From contig NW_026867531.1 of the NCBI RefSeq assembly GCF_020745735.1, positions 248,001-312,000 of the forward strand: a DNA stretch of 64,000 bases. The letters run 5' to 3'. Positions 1 through 11,231 of this stretch are shown one piece after another. The stretch is from Hemiscyllium ocellatum (lineage: Eukaryota). The position numbers and the translations under genes are program-made. The stretch's first letter is position 1. Each line of letters opens with the position of its first letter. The notes under the pieces are model-generated. The model saw nothing but the letters and a program-made list of their open reading frames with translations. It had not been told where the DNA came from and made no database searches.

Positions 1-1090
1 TTAGGGAGAGATGGCTGGTGGTGGTTTAACCTGAAGGTTAGCACAACCCAGGCAAGGGGAGAGGTTGAGAAGGAGAGTCCATCTATCGTAGACCGATATT
101 CTCCATGTATCTGGCAACAACAATATTATAAAAATGAATAGTGTAAAAAAAAATACAGAACTTGCTCCTAAAATCTCCCATTCTTTGAACCATCCTGGTA
201 AATCTCCTGTGCCCCCCTCTAAGGGACCCTGCCATCCTTCCCAATGTGTGGGCGATCTCTGGTTTGCACAGACCCAGCTGCTCTGTGTTCCTGTGGGTGA
301 TGTCATCATCGAGCAACAGTTGCACTAAACCTCACTGCCTGGAAGGGTGGGAGACACAGAAATCCCAACAACATTTCAGATATATTTAGGTGCACGCTTG
401 CGATGCCAAGACAGATAGCGCGATGGACCAAGTATTGGGAAATGGATTAGGATAGTTAGGTGGTAGTTTTCTTTCCTGTCACAGACTCAATGGCCCACAG
501 AGCCTTTTTCTGTGCTGTAAACCTCAAGACACTTAATATAGGAATATGACAGGCCACCTTTGAAACCAGGTCAGAAAAGGTGATATTAGAATAGATGACA
601 CATGATTGGTCAATGTGTTTGGGAGGAAAGTGAGATGGAGAGGTTTAGGAGGAATTCTGGAGCTCGGCGCAGGAAACTGAAAGGGCCGTCATTCAGTGAG
701 AAATAAAAATGGGGTATCCTCAAGGCTGGAATCAAAGAAAAGCAGATGTAGCAGAGCTTTGAGAGACTGGAGGGGATTAGAGTTAGGGAGGGTTCTGAGG
801 CTGGAGAGGAATTATTAGAGATAAGGAAGAGTTGTGAGGCTGGATGAGGTGATAGTGATAGGCAGAGATGTGAAGAGGGAGGAATGTAGAGATAGCAAGA
901 ATTAGAGTTGTAGTGTTATATAGCACAGAAACAGACTCTGTGGTCCAATCAATCCATGTCAACCATAATTCCAAACTAAGTGAATCTCACCTGCCTCCCC
1001 TTGGTCTATATGCATCCAAACATTTCCTATTATGTACCGGTCCAAATGACTTTCTCGTACAATCCCTATGGCATGGAAACTGACCATTTA

Positions 1091-1505
1091 GAGTCAGAGT
1101 CATAGAGATGTACAACATGGGAACAGATCCTTCAGTCCAACCCATCCATGCCGACCAGATATCCCAATCCAATCTAGTCCCACCTGCCAGCACCCAGTCC
1201 ATATCCCTCCAAACCCTTCCTAATCATATATCCATCCAAATGCCTCTTAAATGTTGCAATTGTACCAGCCTCCACCACATCCTCTGGCAGCTCATTCCAT
1301 ACACGTACCACCCACTGCGTGAAAAAGTTGCCCCTTAGGTCTCTTTTATATCTTTCCCCTCTCACCCTAAACCTGTGCCCTCTAGTTCTGGACTCCCTGA
1401 CTCCAGGGAAAAAGAAATGCCTATTTATCCTATTCATGTCCCTCATAATTTTGAAAACCTCTATAAGGTCACCCCTCAGCATCCACCGCTCCAGGGAAAA
1501 CAGCC
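1091..1505 (-). mobile_element. CR1-type LINE 3' fragment (end of ORF2 and 3' UTR)
   Basis: Minus ORF 1174-1575 contains LFSLERWMLRGDLIEVFKIM...RTRGHRFRVRGERYKRDLRGNFFTQWVVRVWNELP, the typical CR1 ORF2 C-terminus; tail ...ctctatgactctgactc at ~1091. Confidence 0.85.
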
Positions 1506-2379
1506 TCTCGACAATGGTTTCATGGCCATCATTAGAGTTTTCATTCCAGATTTTATTGAATTCAATTGCCACCATTTGCCATGGTGGGATTTAAGTCCAG
1601 GTCCCCAGACCATTACCTGGGTCTCCAGGTTGGTTACTACTCCAGTGACAATACCTCATCGGCGATTACCTCCCCTTCTAGTGATGTTAAAAAATGAAAG
1701 CTCTCCTTCTATGATTATAATTTGAGGAAATGAACTGAGACATCTCCAAAGACTTCTTCAAAAGGCTAGAGAGCAGAAATCTGTTTGGAGGAAACAAATC
1801 ATGCTTTTTTGAGATATTTTTTTAAAAATCTTATACTACAGACATGTAATTTCTGAGGCGGGGGAGGGGGGGGAGGGGGCGGGGTTACAGTGATAGCTTC
1901 GTCCGGAGGCTCACTGAAGATGTTACCTAGTATAGTCACGACATGTCTGATCATGAACCTTCCAGCTCAGCGAGCAAACCTACATCCAGAACCCCAACCT
2001 CAGCTACTAATCTTCTCAGAGCTCATTAGGGAGGGTGGTGAGGATGGAGGCAAATCCCAGTAAATAAAACCAAGCAGTGAACTCGCCCAGCTGACTGACT
2101 GTGAAGTTATAAACCTCCCTGGAAACCGAGCGGGCAGCAAAGAGAAACAAACAGTGACATTTCACAGCTGCCCTCAGAGAGACCTCACTCTCAAATGACT
2201 CAGAGCTGGGGATCAGCTCAGTGGGTTTCAGTCTCTTCAAAGATAAATCTTTGTTTTATTTTCATAAATCTACAATAGTGAGTAAGGTGAGGGCTTTATT
2301 TTAATATGTCTTATGGTCTCTTTATTAATTTTTGAAAATATAAAACACAGGTATTAAGTTATTCTAGGGCAGTATTTTG

Positions 2380-3600
2380 TAGAGCAGTAAGACTGTGCCT
2401 TTTTCTGGGTCTGTAAAATGTTAAGTTGCAGAGATAGCCATTCTTTGAGTGATGTGCCCTTCCTGTCAGATGTCTGAGATTAGGGAACATTTCAATGATC
2501 CTGATGATGATGTCTGCATGAAGAGTGGTTGCAAATCCTATCGATCGCATAGATCTGTTGGAGCGACAGTTAAAGGCAGTGAGGCACTCACAGGAGCTAG
2601 GAAGTGTGATCTGCGATTCAGGCAGAAAACCTGCAGATACAGTCAGGTAGATGGGTTATCTCCAGGAAAGGTAGGAGAGGGAGGCAGGTAGTGCAGGCGT
2701 CACCCCTGTCTATCCCACTCTCAAACAAGTATACTGCTTTGGAAAATGTAGGGGGTCACAGACACTCAGAATGCAGCAGTGGCAGCCAAGTTACTGGTAC
2801 TGAGACGAGCTCTAACGTAATGTGAGGTATATCCAGTTCCACATGATCGATGGTGATAGGGGACTCTCTAGTCAGGGGCACAGACTGCTGTTTCTGCAGC
2901 TGACAGTGAGACTTCAGAATGGGGTGGTGCCTCCCTGGTGTCAGGGTCAAGGATGTCTCAGAGAGGGAGCAGAATATTCTCAAAGGGGAGAAAACCCAAA
3001 GTGAATGTGAGGAAAGAGCTAAGTCTGAGGCTGGTACGGTTCATACATCAACAGTCAAGGGCAAGGCAGAGAATGAGGTGGGACTGAGCACCTCCATTTA
3101 CTTCAATGCAACAGGCCCAACAGGTCAGGCAGATGGGCTCAGGATATGATTTGAAATAGCATTGGGATATTATAGCAATTACAGAGACATCACTCAGGGA
3201 TGGATAGACTAGCAGCTTAATGTTCCAGGGTATAGATGCTATAGCAAGGATAGAAAGGGGGCAACAGAGCAGGGGGAGAAGTGTTTTTGATGAGGGATAA
3301 CATTACGGCTGGCCTTCAGGAGGGTATTCCTGGGAGTATATCCAGGGGTGAAAATGCATTGCTGGAAAAGGGCAGCAGGTCAGGCAGCATCCAAGGAGCA
3401 GGAGATTCGACGTTTTGGGCATAAGCCCTTCTTCAGGAATGAGGAAAGTGTGTCCAGCAGGCTACGATAAAAGGTAGGGGACTGAGAAGTTAGAAATTAG
3501 TGATCCCCTTATTGGGATTGTACTACCAATCCCCAGCCCCTCAAATAATCCCCCAGGAGATCACTGTTCTCTGTAAGAATAGAATGGTTGCATACAAGAC
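2380..3600 (+). mobile_element. Decayed CR1 LINE 5' portion (ORF1/early endonuclease region), interrupted by a PLE end
   Basis: Shares blocks with 17770-18050 and 20400-21200 (e.g. gctggtac.gttca...agtcaagggcaaggcagagaa.gaggtgggactgag); no intact ORF. Confidence 0.5.
3349..3488 (-). mobile_element. Penelope-like element 3' end fragment (family 1) with mutated hammerhead motif
   Basis: Near-identical to 4453-4580 and to the reverse complement of 7200-7324; hammerhead reads ctgaaga...gcccAaaacgtc (conserved G lost). Confidence 0.8.
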
Positions 3601-3989
3601 TTGACCTTTTTTTTCCTTTGTTCACTCACAGGATGAGGGTGTCACTGGCTGGGCCCAGAGGGCAGTCAACAGTCAACCACATTGCTGTGGGTCTGGAGTC
3701 ACCTGTAGGCCAGACCAGGTAAGGATGGCAGATTCCTTCCCTAAAGGACATGAGTGATCCAGGTGGGCTTTTCCAACAATTGACAGTGGATTCATTGTCA
3801 TCATTAGATTCTTAATTGCAGATTTTTATTGATTTCACATTCCACTATCTGCAGTGTCTGGATTCAAACCCAGGTCCCCCGATGGTTATCTGGGTCTCTG
3901 GATTAACTGGCTGGCGATAATATCACGGGGCCATCACCGCCTCTTCTCTTGGGAAATGAGCCAGGGTGAGTTTCTGAGGTATCAGTGGG

Positions 3990-4201
3990 TAAAAAGTGAG
4001 GTCTGCAGATGCTGGAGATCAGAGCTGAAAATGTGTTGCTGGTTAAAGCGCAGCAGGTCAGGCAGCATCCAAGGAACAGGAAATTCGATGTTTCGGGCAC
4101 AAGCCTGATTCCTGATGAAGGGCTCTGGCCCGAAACGTCGAATTTCCTGTTCCTTGGATGCTGCCTGACCTGCTGCGCTTTAACCAGCAACACATTTTCA
4201 G
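3990..4201. mobile_element. Short palindromic PLE (family 1) insertion with 16-bp TSD
   Basis: TSD ctgaggtatca(g/c)tggg at 3974-3989 and 4202-4217; inverted arms 4023-4098 and 4128-4203. Confidence 0.85.
4108..4143 (+). ncRNA. Minimal type I hammerhead ribozyme motif (PLE-associated)
   Basis: ATTC-CTGATGA-A-GGGC-tctg-GCCC-GAAAC-GTC-GAAT: stem I ATTC/GAAT, stem II GGGC/GCCC, core CUGAUGA/GAAA, palindromic stem III ACGU, GUC cleavage triplet; extra A before stem II; activity untested. Confidence 0.7.
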
Positions 4202-4250
4202 CTGAGGTATCACTGGGGCAGCACATCAGCACTGAAGATCCCACAGTATT

Positions 4251-4415
4251 GTGGCTCAGTGGTTAGCACTGCTGCCCACGCACCAGGGACCTGGGTTTGA
4301 TTCCAGCCTCAGGCGACTGCTTGTGTAAAATTTGCACATTCTCCCAGTGTCTGCATGGGTTTCCTCCCACAATCCAAAGATGTGCAGATTCGCTGCATTA
4401 CCCATGTTAATTTGC
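4251..4415 (+). mobile_element. HE1-type tRNA-derived SINE, 5' part, interrupted by PLE insertion
   Basis: gtggctcagtggttagcactgctgcc...ggtttgattcc...cccacaatccaaagatgtgcag; collinear with the copy at 9911-10197. Confidence 0.8.
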
Positions 4416-7324
4416 TAAGAGAAAGTGAGGACTGCAGATGCTGGAGGTCAGAGCTGAAAATATGTTGCTGGAAAAGCGCAGCAGGTCAGGTAGCATCCAA
4501 GGAACAGGAGAATCGACGTTTCGGGCATGAGCCCTTCTTCAGGAATGAGGAAAGTGTGTCCAGCAGGCTAAGATAAAAGGTAGGGAGGAGGGACTTGGGG
4601 AGGGGTGTTGGAAATGCGATAGGTGGAAGGAGGTCAAGGTGAGGGTGATAGGCCGGAGTGGGAGTGGGGGCGGAGAGGTCAGGAAGAAGATTGCGGGTTA
4701 GGAAGGCGGTGCTGAGTTCGAGGGTTGGGACTGAGCCAAGGTGGGGGGAGGGGAAATGAGGAAACACCACGCCTAACCCCACCCCCACGCCGATCTCCGT
4801 CCTCGTTCCGATTCCCGCCACCATGCCTAACGCCGCCCCACTCCCAGCTTCAGCCCCACACCAGGTCCTGGCTCCCAGCACTGCCGTGTTTTCACCATCC
4901 CTCCAGACCTCCCCCCTCTCTGAGGATGAAAGATCAGTCCTCCGCAGAGGCCTCACCTTCATTCCCCTACGCTCTCGGATTAATGAGTTCAACACGCGGC
5001 GAAACATCGAGCAATTCTTCCGCCGCCTTCGCCTTCGCGCCTACTTCTTCAACCAGGATTCTCACCCACCCTCTGACGACCCCTTCTCCCGCCTCCAACA
5101 CACCCCATCCACCTGGACACCCCGTGCTGGCCTCTTACCCGCCCTCAATAGCCAACTGCCGCCGCGACATTAACCACCTTAACCTCTCCACCCCTCTCAC
5201 CCACTCCAACCTCTCACCCTCAGAACGTGCAGCCCTCCACTCCCTCCGCTCCAACCCCAACCTCACCATCAAACCGGCAGACAAGGGAGGCACAGTAGTA
5301 GTTTGGCACACCAACCTTTACACCGCTGAGGCTAAACGCCAGCTCGCGGACACCTCCTCCTACTGCCCCCTTGACCATGACCCCACCTCCCACTACCAAA
5401 CCATCATCTCCCAGACCATCCATAACCTCATCACCTCAGGGGATCTCCCATCCACCGCCTCCAACCTCATAGTCCCACAACCCCGCACCACCCGTTTCTA
5501 CCTCCTGTCCAAAACAAACCTGACTGCCCCGGCCGACCCATTGTCTCAGCCTGCTCCTGTCCCACCGAACTCATCTCTACATATCTCGAAACAATCCTGT
5601 TCCCCTTAGTCCAAGAACTCCCCACCTACATTCGGGACACCACCCACACCCTCCACCTCCTCCATGATTTTTGCTTCCCCGGTCCCCAACGCCTTATCTT
5701 CACCATGGACATCCAGTCCCTGTACACCTTCATCCCCCATCATGAAGGACTCAAAGCCCTCTGCTTCTTCCTTTCCCGCCACACCAACCAGTACCCTTCC
5801 ACTGACACCCTCCTTCGACTGACTGAACTGGTCCTCACCCTGAACAACTTCTCTTTCCAATCCTCCCACTTCCTCCAAACCAAAGGAGTAGCCATGGGCA
5901 CCCGCATGGACCCCAGCTATGCCTGCCTCTTCGTAGGATATATCTTCCGCAGCTACACTGGCACCATCCCCCACCTTTTCCTCCACTACATCGATGACTG
6001 TATCGGCGCTATCTCATGGAGGCAGGTTGAACAGTTCATCCACTTTACCAACACCTTCCACCCCGACTTCAAATTTACCTGGACCATCTCAGACTCCTCC
6101 CTCCCCTTCCTAGACCTCTCTATTTCTATCTCGGGCGACCAAATCAACACGGACATTTACTACAAACCAACCGACTCCCACAGCTACCTAGACACACCTC
6201 CTCCCACCCTGCCCCCTGTAAAAATGCCATCCCATATTCCCAATTCCTTTGTCTTCACTGCATCTGCTCCCAGGAGGACCACTTCCAATACAACCCAGAT
6301 GGCCTCCTTCTTTAAAGACCGCAATTTCCCCCCAGACATGATCGATGATGCTCTCCACCACATCGCCTCCACTTCCCACTCCTCCGCCCTTGTGTCCCGC
6401 CTCTCCATTCGCCACCAGGATAGAACCCCACTGGTCCTCACCTACCACCCCACCAACCACATCGTATCATTCATCATCATTTCTGCCACTTCCAAACGGA
6501 CCCCACCACCAGAAATATATTTCTCTCCCTTCCCCTATCAGCGTTTCGAACACTTCACTCCCTCCGTGACTCCCTCGTCAGGTCCGCATCCCCCCACCAA
6601 CCCAACCTCCTCTCCCGGCACCTTCCCTGGAATCGTGAGAAATGCAAAACTTGTGCCCACACCTCCCCCCTTACTTCCCTCCAAGGCCCCAAAGGATCCT
6701 TCCATATCCGCCACAAATTCACCTGCATCTCCATTTACTGCATCCGCTGCACCCGATGTGGCCTCCTCTATATTGGGGAGACAGGCCACCTACTTGCGGA
6801 ACGTTTCAGAAAACACATCTGGGACACCCGGACCAACCAACCCAACCACCCCGTGGCTCAACACTTCAACTCCCCCTCCAATCCACCAAGGATATGCAGG
6901 TCCTTGGACTCCTCCATCACCAGACCATAGCAACACGACGACTGGAGGAAGAGCACTTCACCTTCCGCCTAGGAACCCTCCAACCACAAGGGATGAACTC
7001 AGATTTCTCCAGTTTCCTCATTTCCCCTCCCCCCACCTTGTCTCAGTCCCAACCTTCGAACTCAGCACCACCTTCCTAACCTGCAATCTTCTTCCTGACC
7101 TCTCCGCCCCCAACCCCACTCCGGCTAATCTCCCTCACCTTGACCTCCTTCAACCTATCACATCTCCAACGCCCCTCCCCCAAGTCCCTCCTCCCTACCT
7201 TTTATCTTAGCCTGCTGGACACACTTTCCTCATTCCTGAAGAAGGGCTCATGCCCGAAACATCGATTCTCCCGCTCCTTGGATGCTGCCTGACCTGCTGC
7301 ACTTTTCCAGCAACACATTTTCAG
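4416..7324 (+). mobile_element. Near full-length decayed Penelope-like retroelement (RT + GIY-YIG remnants) with inverted 5' pseudo-LTR
   Basis: Frameshifted ORFs 4725-7210 show PLE RT motifs (LTIKPADKGG, DIQSLYT, QTKGVAMGTRM, YIDDC, LPFLDL, YYKPTDSHSYL) and endonuclease end (RRLEEEHFTFRLGTLQPQGMN); 4421-4765 is an inverted copy of ~7012-7324; 14-bp TSD ccatgttaatttgc at 4402-4415 and 7325-7338. Confidence 0.9.
4511..4546 (-). ncRNA. Hammerhead ribozyme motif in inverted pseudo-LTR
   Basis: Reverse complement attc-ctgaaga-a-gggc-tcat-gccc-gaaac-gtc-gatt; core intact, one mismatch in stem I. Confidence 0.55.
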
Positions 7325-7349
7325 CCATGTTAATTTGCCCATGGTATCG

Positions 7350-7860
7350 AGATGCAATAGATGAGGTGATTGGATGTGCAGGAAAATCTCTGTCTGGTGT
7401 GAAAAGATCCTTTGGGGCATTGGACAGGGGTGAGGTGGGGAGGTGTGGGTGCATGTTTTACTGTTCCCCCGGCAGTAAGGGAAGGTGAAGGGTTGGTTGG
7501 TGGGGAGGCGTAAACCTAACGAGGGCATCACGACAGGGAATGGTCTCTGCGGAACACAGATAGGGCAGGGGAGGGAAACATGTCCCTAGTGGTGGGGTCT
7601 GACTAGGTAGCAGAAATGGAAGAGATTAATGTGCTGTTTCTGGATTGTGTGGCAGGTGAGGACCAGGGGATTATATTCTTCTTGTAGTTGGGAGGGGTGG
7701 TATAAAGGCGGAGGTGCGGGAAGTGGAGGATATGTGTTGGAGGGCATTGCTGATCAAGTGTGAGGGAAATTGCAGTCCTTGAAATAGGAAAACTTTCTGG
7801 GATGTCCTGGAGTGCAATTGCTTTGCCTGGGAGTAGATAGGGCAGAGGCAGAGGAATTGG
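7350..7860 (-). mobile_element. PLE internal fragment (late RT/endonuclease region)
   Basis: Antisense-collinear with 6270-6760 and 19300-19800. Confidence 0.65.
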
Positions 7861-7884
7861 GAATACAGGATCATGTTTTTACAG

Positions 7885-9870
7885 GAATATACTCTAGGGT
7901 AATCAGGAGGGCAAAAAGGAGACATGAAATAGCTTCAGGAAATGGTTTAAGGAGAATCCAAAGAAATTCTACAAATACATCAAGGATAAAATACAAATAC
8001 ACCAGACAGAGAATAGGACCCCTTAATGATCAACAAGGCCGTGTATGGAACAACAGGAGGTGGGAGAGGTACTATACTGTTCTTGTATTTCATGTCTTTT
8101 TTTTACTAAAGAAGGATATGGAAACTAGAGAGTTTGGAGAAATAAACAGTGATAACTTGAAAAGTGTCCATGTTACAGTGGAGGTGGTACTGGATGGCTC
8201 AAATCGCATCAAGGTGGATAGATCCCTGGGTCCTGATCAGGTGTATTCCAGCAATTTGTGGAAAGCTTGGGAAGTGATTGCAGTGCCCCTTCCTGAGGTA
8301 TTTATATCATCGTGGTAAGGAAAGGCCAGGGAACAAGAGAACAGCCAGCCTGAAGTCAGTGGCAGGCAAGTTGTTGGAAGGGATTCTGAGGGACAGGATT
8401 TACATGTATTTGGAAAGGCAAGGAATGATTAGGGATCGTCAACATGGCTTTTTGCGTCAGAAATTGTCTCTCTCCAACTTGGTTGAGATTTTTTGAAGAA
8501 GTGATTGGAAGATTGATGAAGACAGACTGTGGACGTTGTCTATATGGGCATTGAACAAAGTTCCACAAAGCAGACTGGTTAGTAAGGTTAGATAACATGG
8601 AATGCAGGGAGAACTAGCCATTGGGATACAAAACTGGCTTGTAGGTAGGAGACAGAGGGTGGTGATGGAGGGTTGATTTCTGGACTGGAAGCCTGTGAGA
8701 AGCAGCGTGCTGTGGGAATGGATATTTGAATCCTTAAATAAATTATTTGGATGTGAATATATGAGGTAGGTTTACATAAAACAACAAAATTGGAGGTGTA
8801 ATGGACAGTGAAGAAAGTTAGTTCAGAATAAAAAGGATCTTGATCAGATGGGCCATTGGAGCGAGGAATGGCAGACAGATTTTAATTTAGACAAATGTGA
8901 GCTGCTGCGTTTTGGAAAAGAAAATCAGGGCAGAACTTAATACACTTAATGGGAAGGTCCTGGGGAGTGTTGCTGAACAAAGAGACCTTGGAGTGTGGGT
9001 TCATTGCTCCTTGAAAGTAGAGTCACAGGTAGGCAGGGTAGTGAAGGTGGTGTTTGGTCTGCTTATATTTATTGGTCAATACATTGATTGCAGAAGCTGG
9101 GACGTCATATTGTGATTGGATAGAACATTGATTGAGCCATTTCAGGAATCCTGTTTTCAATTCGAATTTCCCTGTTCTAGGAAGGATGTTGTGAAACTTG
9201 AAATGGTTCAGACAAGATTTCCAAAGACTTTGCTATGGTTGGAGGATTTGGGCTACAGGGAGAGGCTGAATAGGCTGGGGCTATTTTCACTGGAGAGTCA
9301 AAGACTGAGAGGTGACTTTTGGGTGATTTATAAAATCATGAGGAGCATGGATACAATGAACAGCTGGGGTCTTTTTTCCCCAGGTTAAGTGAGTCCAAAA
9401 CAAGACCACGTGGGTTTAAGTTGAGAGGGCAAAGATTTAAAAGGGATCTAAGGGGCAACGTTTTCAAGTAAAAAATGAGGTCTGCAGATGCTGGAGATCA
9501 CAGTTGAAAATGCGTTGCTGATGAAGGGCTTATGCCCGAAACGTCGAATTTCCTATTCCTTGGATGCTGCCTGATCTGCTGTGCTTTAACCAGCAACGCA
9601 TTTTCAACGGCAACGTTTTCAAGCTGAGTGTGGTGTATGGATGGAATGAGCTGCAAGAGAAGTAATGGAGGCTGATACATTTACAACATTTAAAAGGCAT
9701 CCGATTGGGTACATGAATAGGGAGGGATTTGAGGAATTCAGACCAATAGCTGGCAAGTGGGACTCTGTTAGTTTAGGATTCCTAGTTGGCATGGGCGAAT
9801 TGGACCATTGTTTCTGTGCTGTACATCTCAGCACAGATAATTCTCCTTGGATGTGAGAAGGTTAAGCAGT
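7885..9870 (+). mobile_element. Decayed CR1 LINE ORF2 and 3' end, interrupted at 9469-9608
   Basis: ORF pieces LLEGILRDRIYMYLERQGMIRDRQHGFL, VLGSVAEQRDLGVWVHCSLKV, RERLNRLGLFSLESQRLRGD. Confidence 0.85.
9469..9608. mobile_element. 140-bp PLE (family 1) insertion with 15-bp TSD and 18-bp inverted repeats
   Basis: TSD ggcaacgttttcaag at 9454-9468 and 9609-9623; IR gttgaaaatgcgttgctg (9503-9520) / cagcaacgcattttcaac (9591-9608); hammerhead core 9518-9545. Confidence 0.85.
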
Positions 9871-9910
9871 GATTATGACCAGGTGTAGATTTGTTTCCAA
9901 GATATTTTAT

Positions 9911-10197
9911 GGGTGGCACAGTGGTTAGCACTGCTGCCTCACAGCGCCAGAGACCCGGGTTCAATTCCTTCCTCAGGCGACTGACTGTGTGGAGTTTGCA
10001 CGTTCTCCCCGTGTCTGTGTGGGTTTCCTCCAGGTGCTCCAGTTTCTTCCCACATTCCAAAGATGTGCGGGTCAGGTGAATTGGCCATGCTAAATTGTCC
10101 GTAGCTTAATGTAGGGGTATGGGTGGGTTACGCTTTGGTGGGTCGGTGTGGACTTGTTGGGCAGAAGGGCCTGTTTCCACACTGTAAGTAATCTAAT
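9911..10197 (+). mobile_element. HE1-type SINE, essentially complete
   Basis: tRNA-like head ggtggcacagtggttagcactgctgcctcacagcgcc, B-box ggttcaattcc (9958-9968), core cccacattccaaagatgtgcgggtcaggtgaattggccatgc, LINE-like tail gggcctgtttccacactgt. Confidence 0.9.
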
Positions 10198-10789
10198 ATT
10201 TAATTTGAAGAGAGAGTGGAATTTTTAATAATGTCACAATTTTAGCAACTACTTTAAGTTAATTAGCAAATAATACAAGGTGAATATGTGACCTATACTT
10301 TACTCAGTACATTCTGAGCATCTGGAACGGTCTGAACAGCAGGTGGACACAGATTCAGCAGGTATTCTCAAACAGATTTGCAATTTTACTTTTTAAGGAA
10401 AGTCTTGGGAGGTTGTGGCCAAATATGAGGGGAATTGGGACAGATTTGCAGCATCTCCAGAGGGAGAGAGTACAGCTCCAATGGGCTGAATAGCCCCCAG
10501 CCTCTGTGCTCTGTGATACTGCCCCATTCACTGTGAATGATGAAGCTCATCCCAGGGCAGAGAGAGGTAGGAGCCCTCCACTCTCATCACAATGGGGCCT
10601 GGCTCACTGACCAATAGGAGGTGAGTTGGTGTGGTCCTTCCAGCCAATGGGAATGAATAAGAGGCGTGGCCAGCAAGATGCCACATGACCATGAGCTGTG
10701 CAGGGACAATGTCACTGTGAGTGGGAGAGCCAGCAGAGAGGCTGCTAGACCTGAATGACAAACTCCTGGTCAATTAAAACCAAAAGAAC

Positions 10790-11012
10790 TGTGGATGCTG
10801 TAAATCAGAAACAACAACCAGGAGGCTCGTGAAAATGTCAGCGGCCGAACAGCATCTGTGAAGAGAAACCAGAGTTAAAGTTTCCGATCCAGTGACCCTT
10901 CCTCAGAACTGACGTTACCGAGGGAAAAAAGTCAGTTTATATGCAGAAGGTAGGGTGGGGGGAGGATGTAAGGAGTAAAGGGGAGGTGGGGATAGAGTGA
11001 GAAGAACAGTTC
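10790..11012 (-). mobile_element. PLE pseudo-LTR fragment, left half of the site split by the Tx1 element (continues 15923-~16120)
   Basis: Joining 10990-11023 to 15923-15960 restores a sequence collinear with the reverse complement of 19985-20060; degenerate hammerhead ctgagga...ggaaac at ~10870-10910. Confidence 0.7.
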
Positions 11013-11231
11013 GATAAAGGATTTTTTTTATTTCAAAAATATACTTTATTCATAAATACTTTGATCTATACAACTGGACATGCCGTACATAGGTAAACAT
11101 TCCATTTCTTTTCATACCGAAACAGAGTAATCATTCCTATTTACAGGTCGGTATGATTATATTTTGAGCTGAGGTGCCAGCAGAGCCCAAATGACTACGT
11201 GGGCCCCCTGTTCTTCTTAGGCAGGCAGATG

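Noticed and set aside
3349-3488. Fifth TSD-bounded family-1 insertion
   Set aside because: No duplicated flank found; it appears to replace a short stretch of the host CR1, so it was excluded from the two-ended set
4725-7210. RT ORFs as retron, group II intron or telomerase genes
   Set aside because: Motifs, GIY-YIG-type C-terminus, pseudo-LTRs and frameshifts identify a decayed Penelope-like element
9911-9990. tRNA gene
   Set aside because: A/B-box head continues into HE1 core and LINE-like tail; it is a SINE, with no complete cloverleaf
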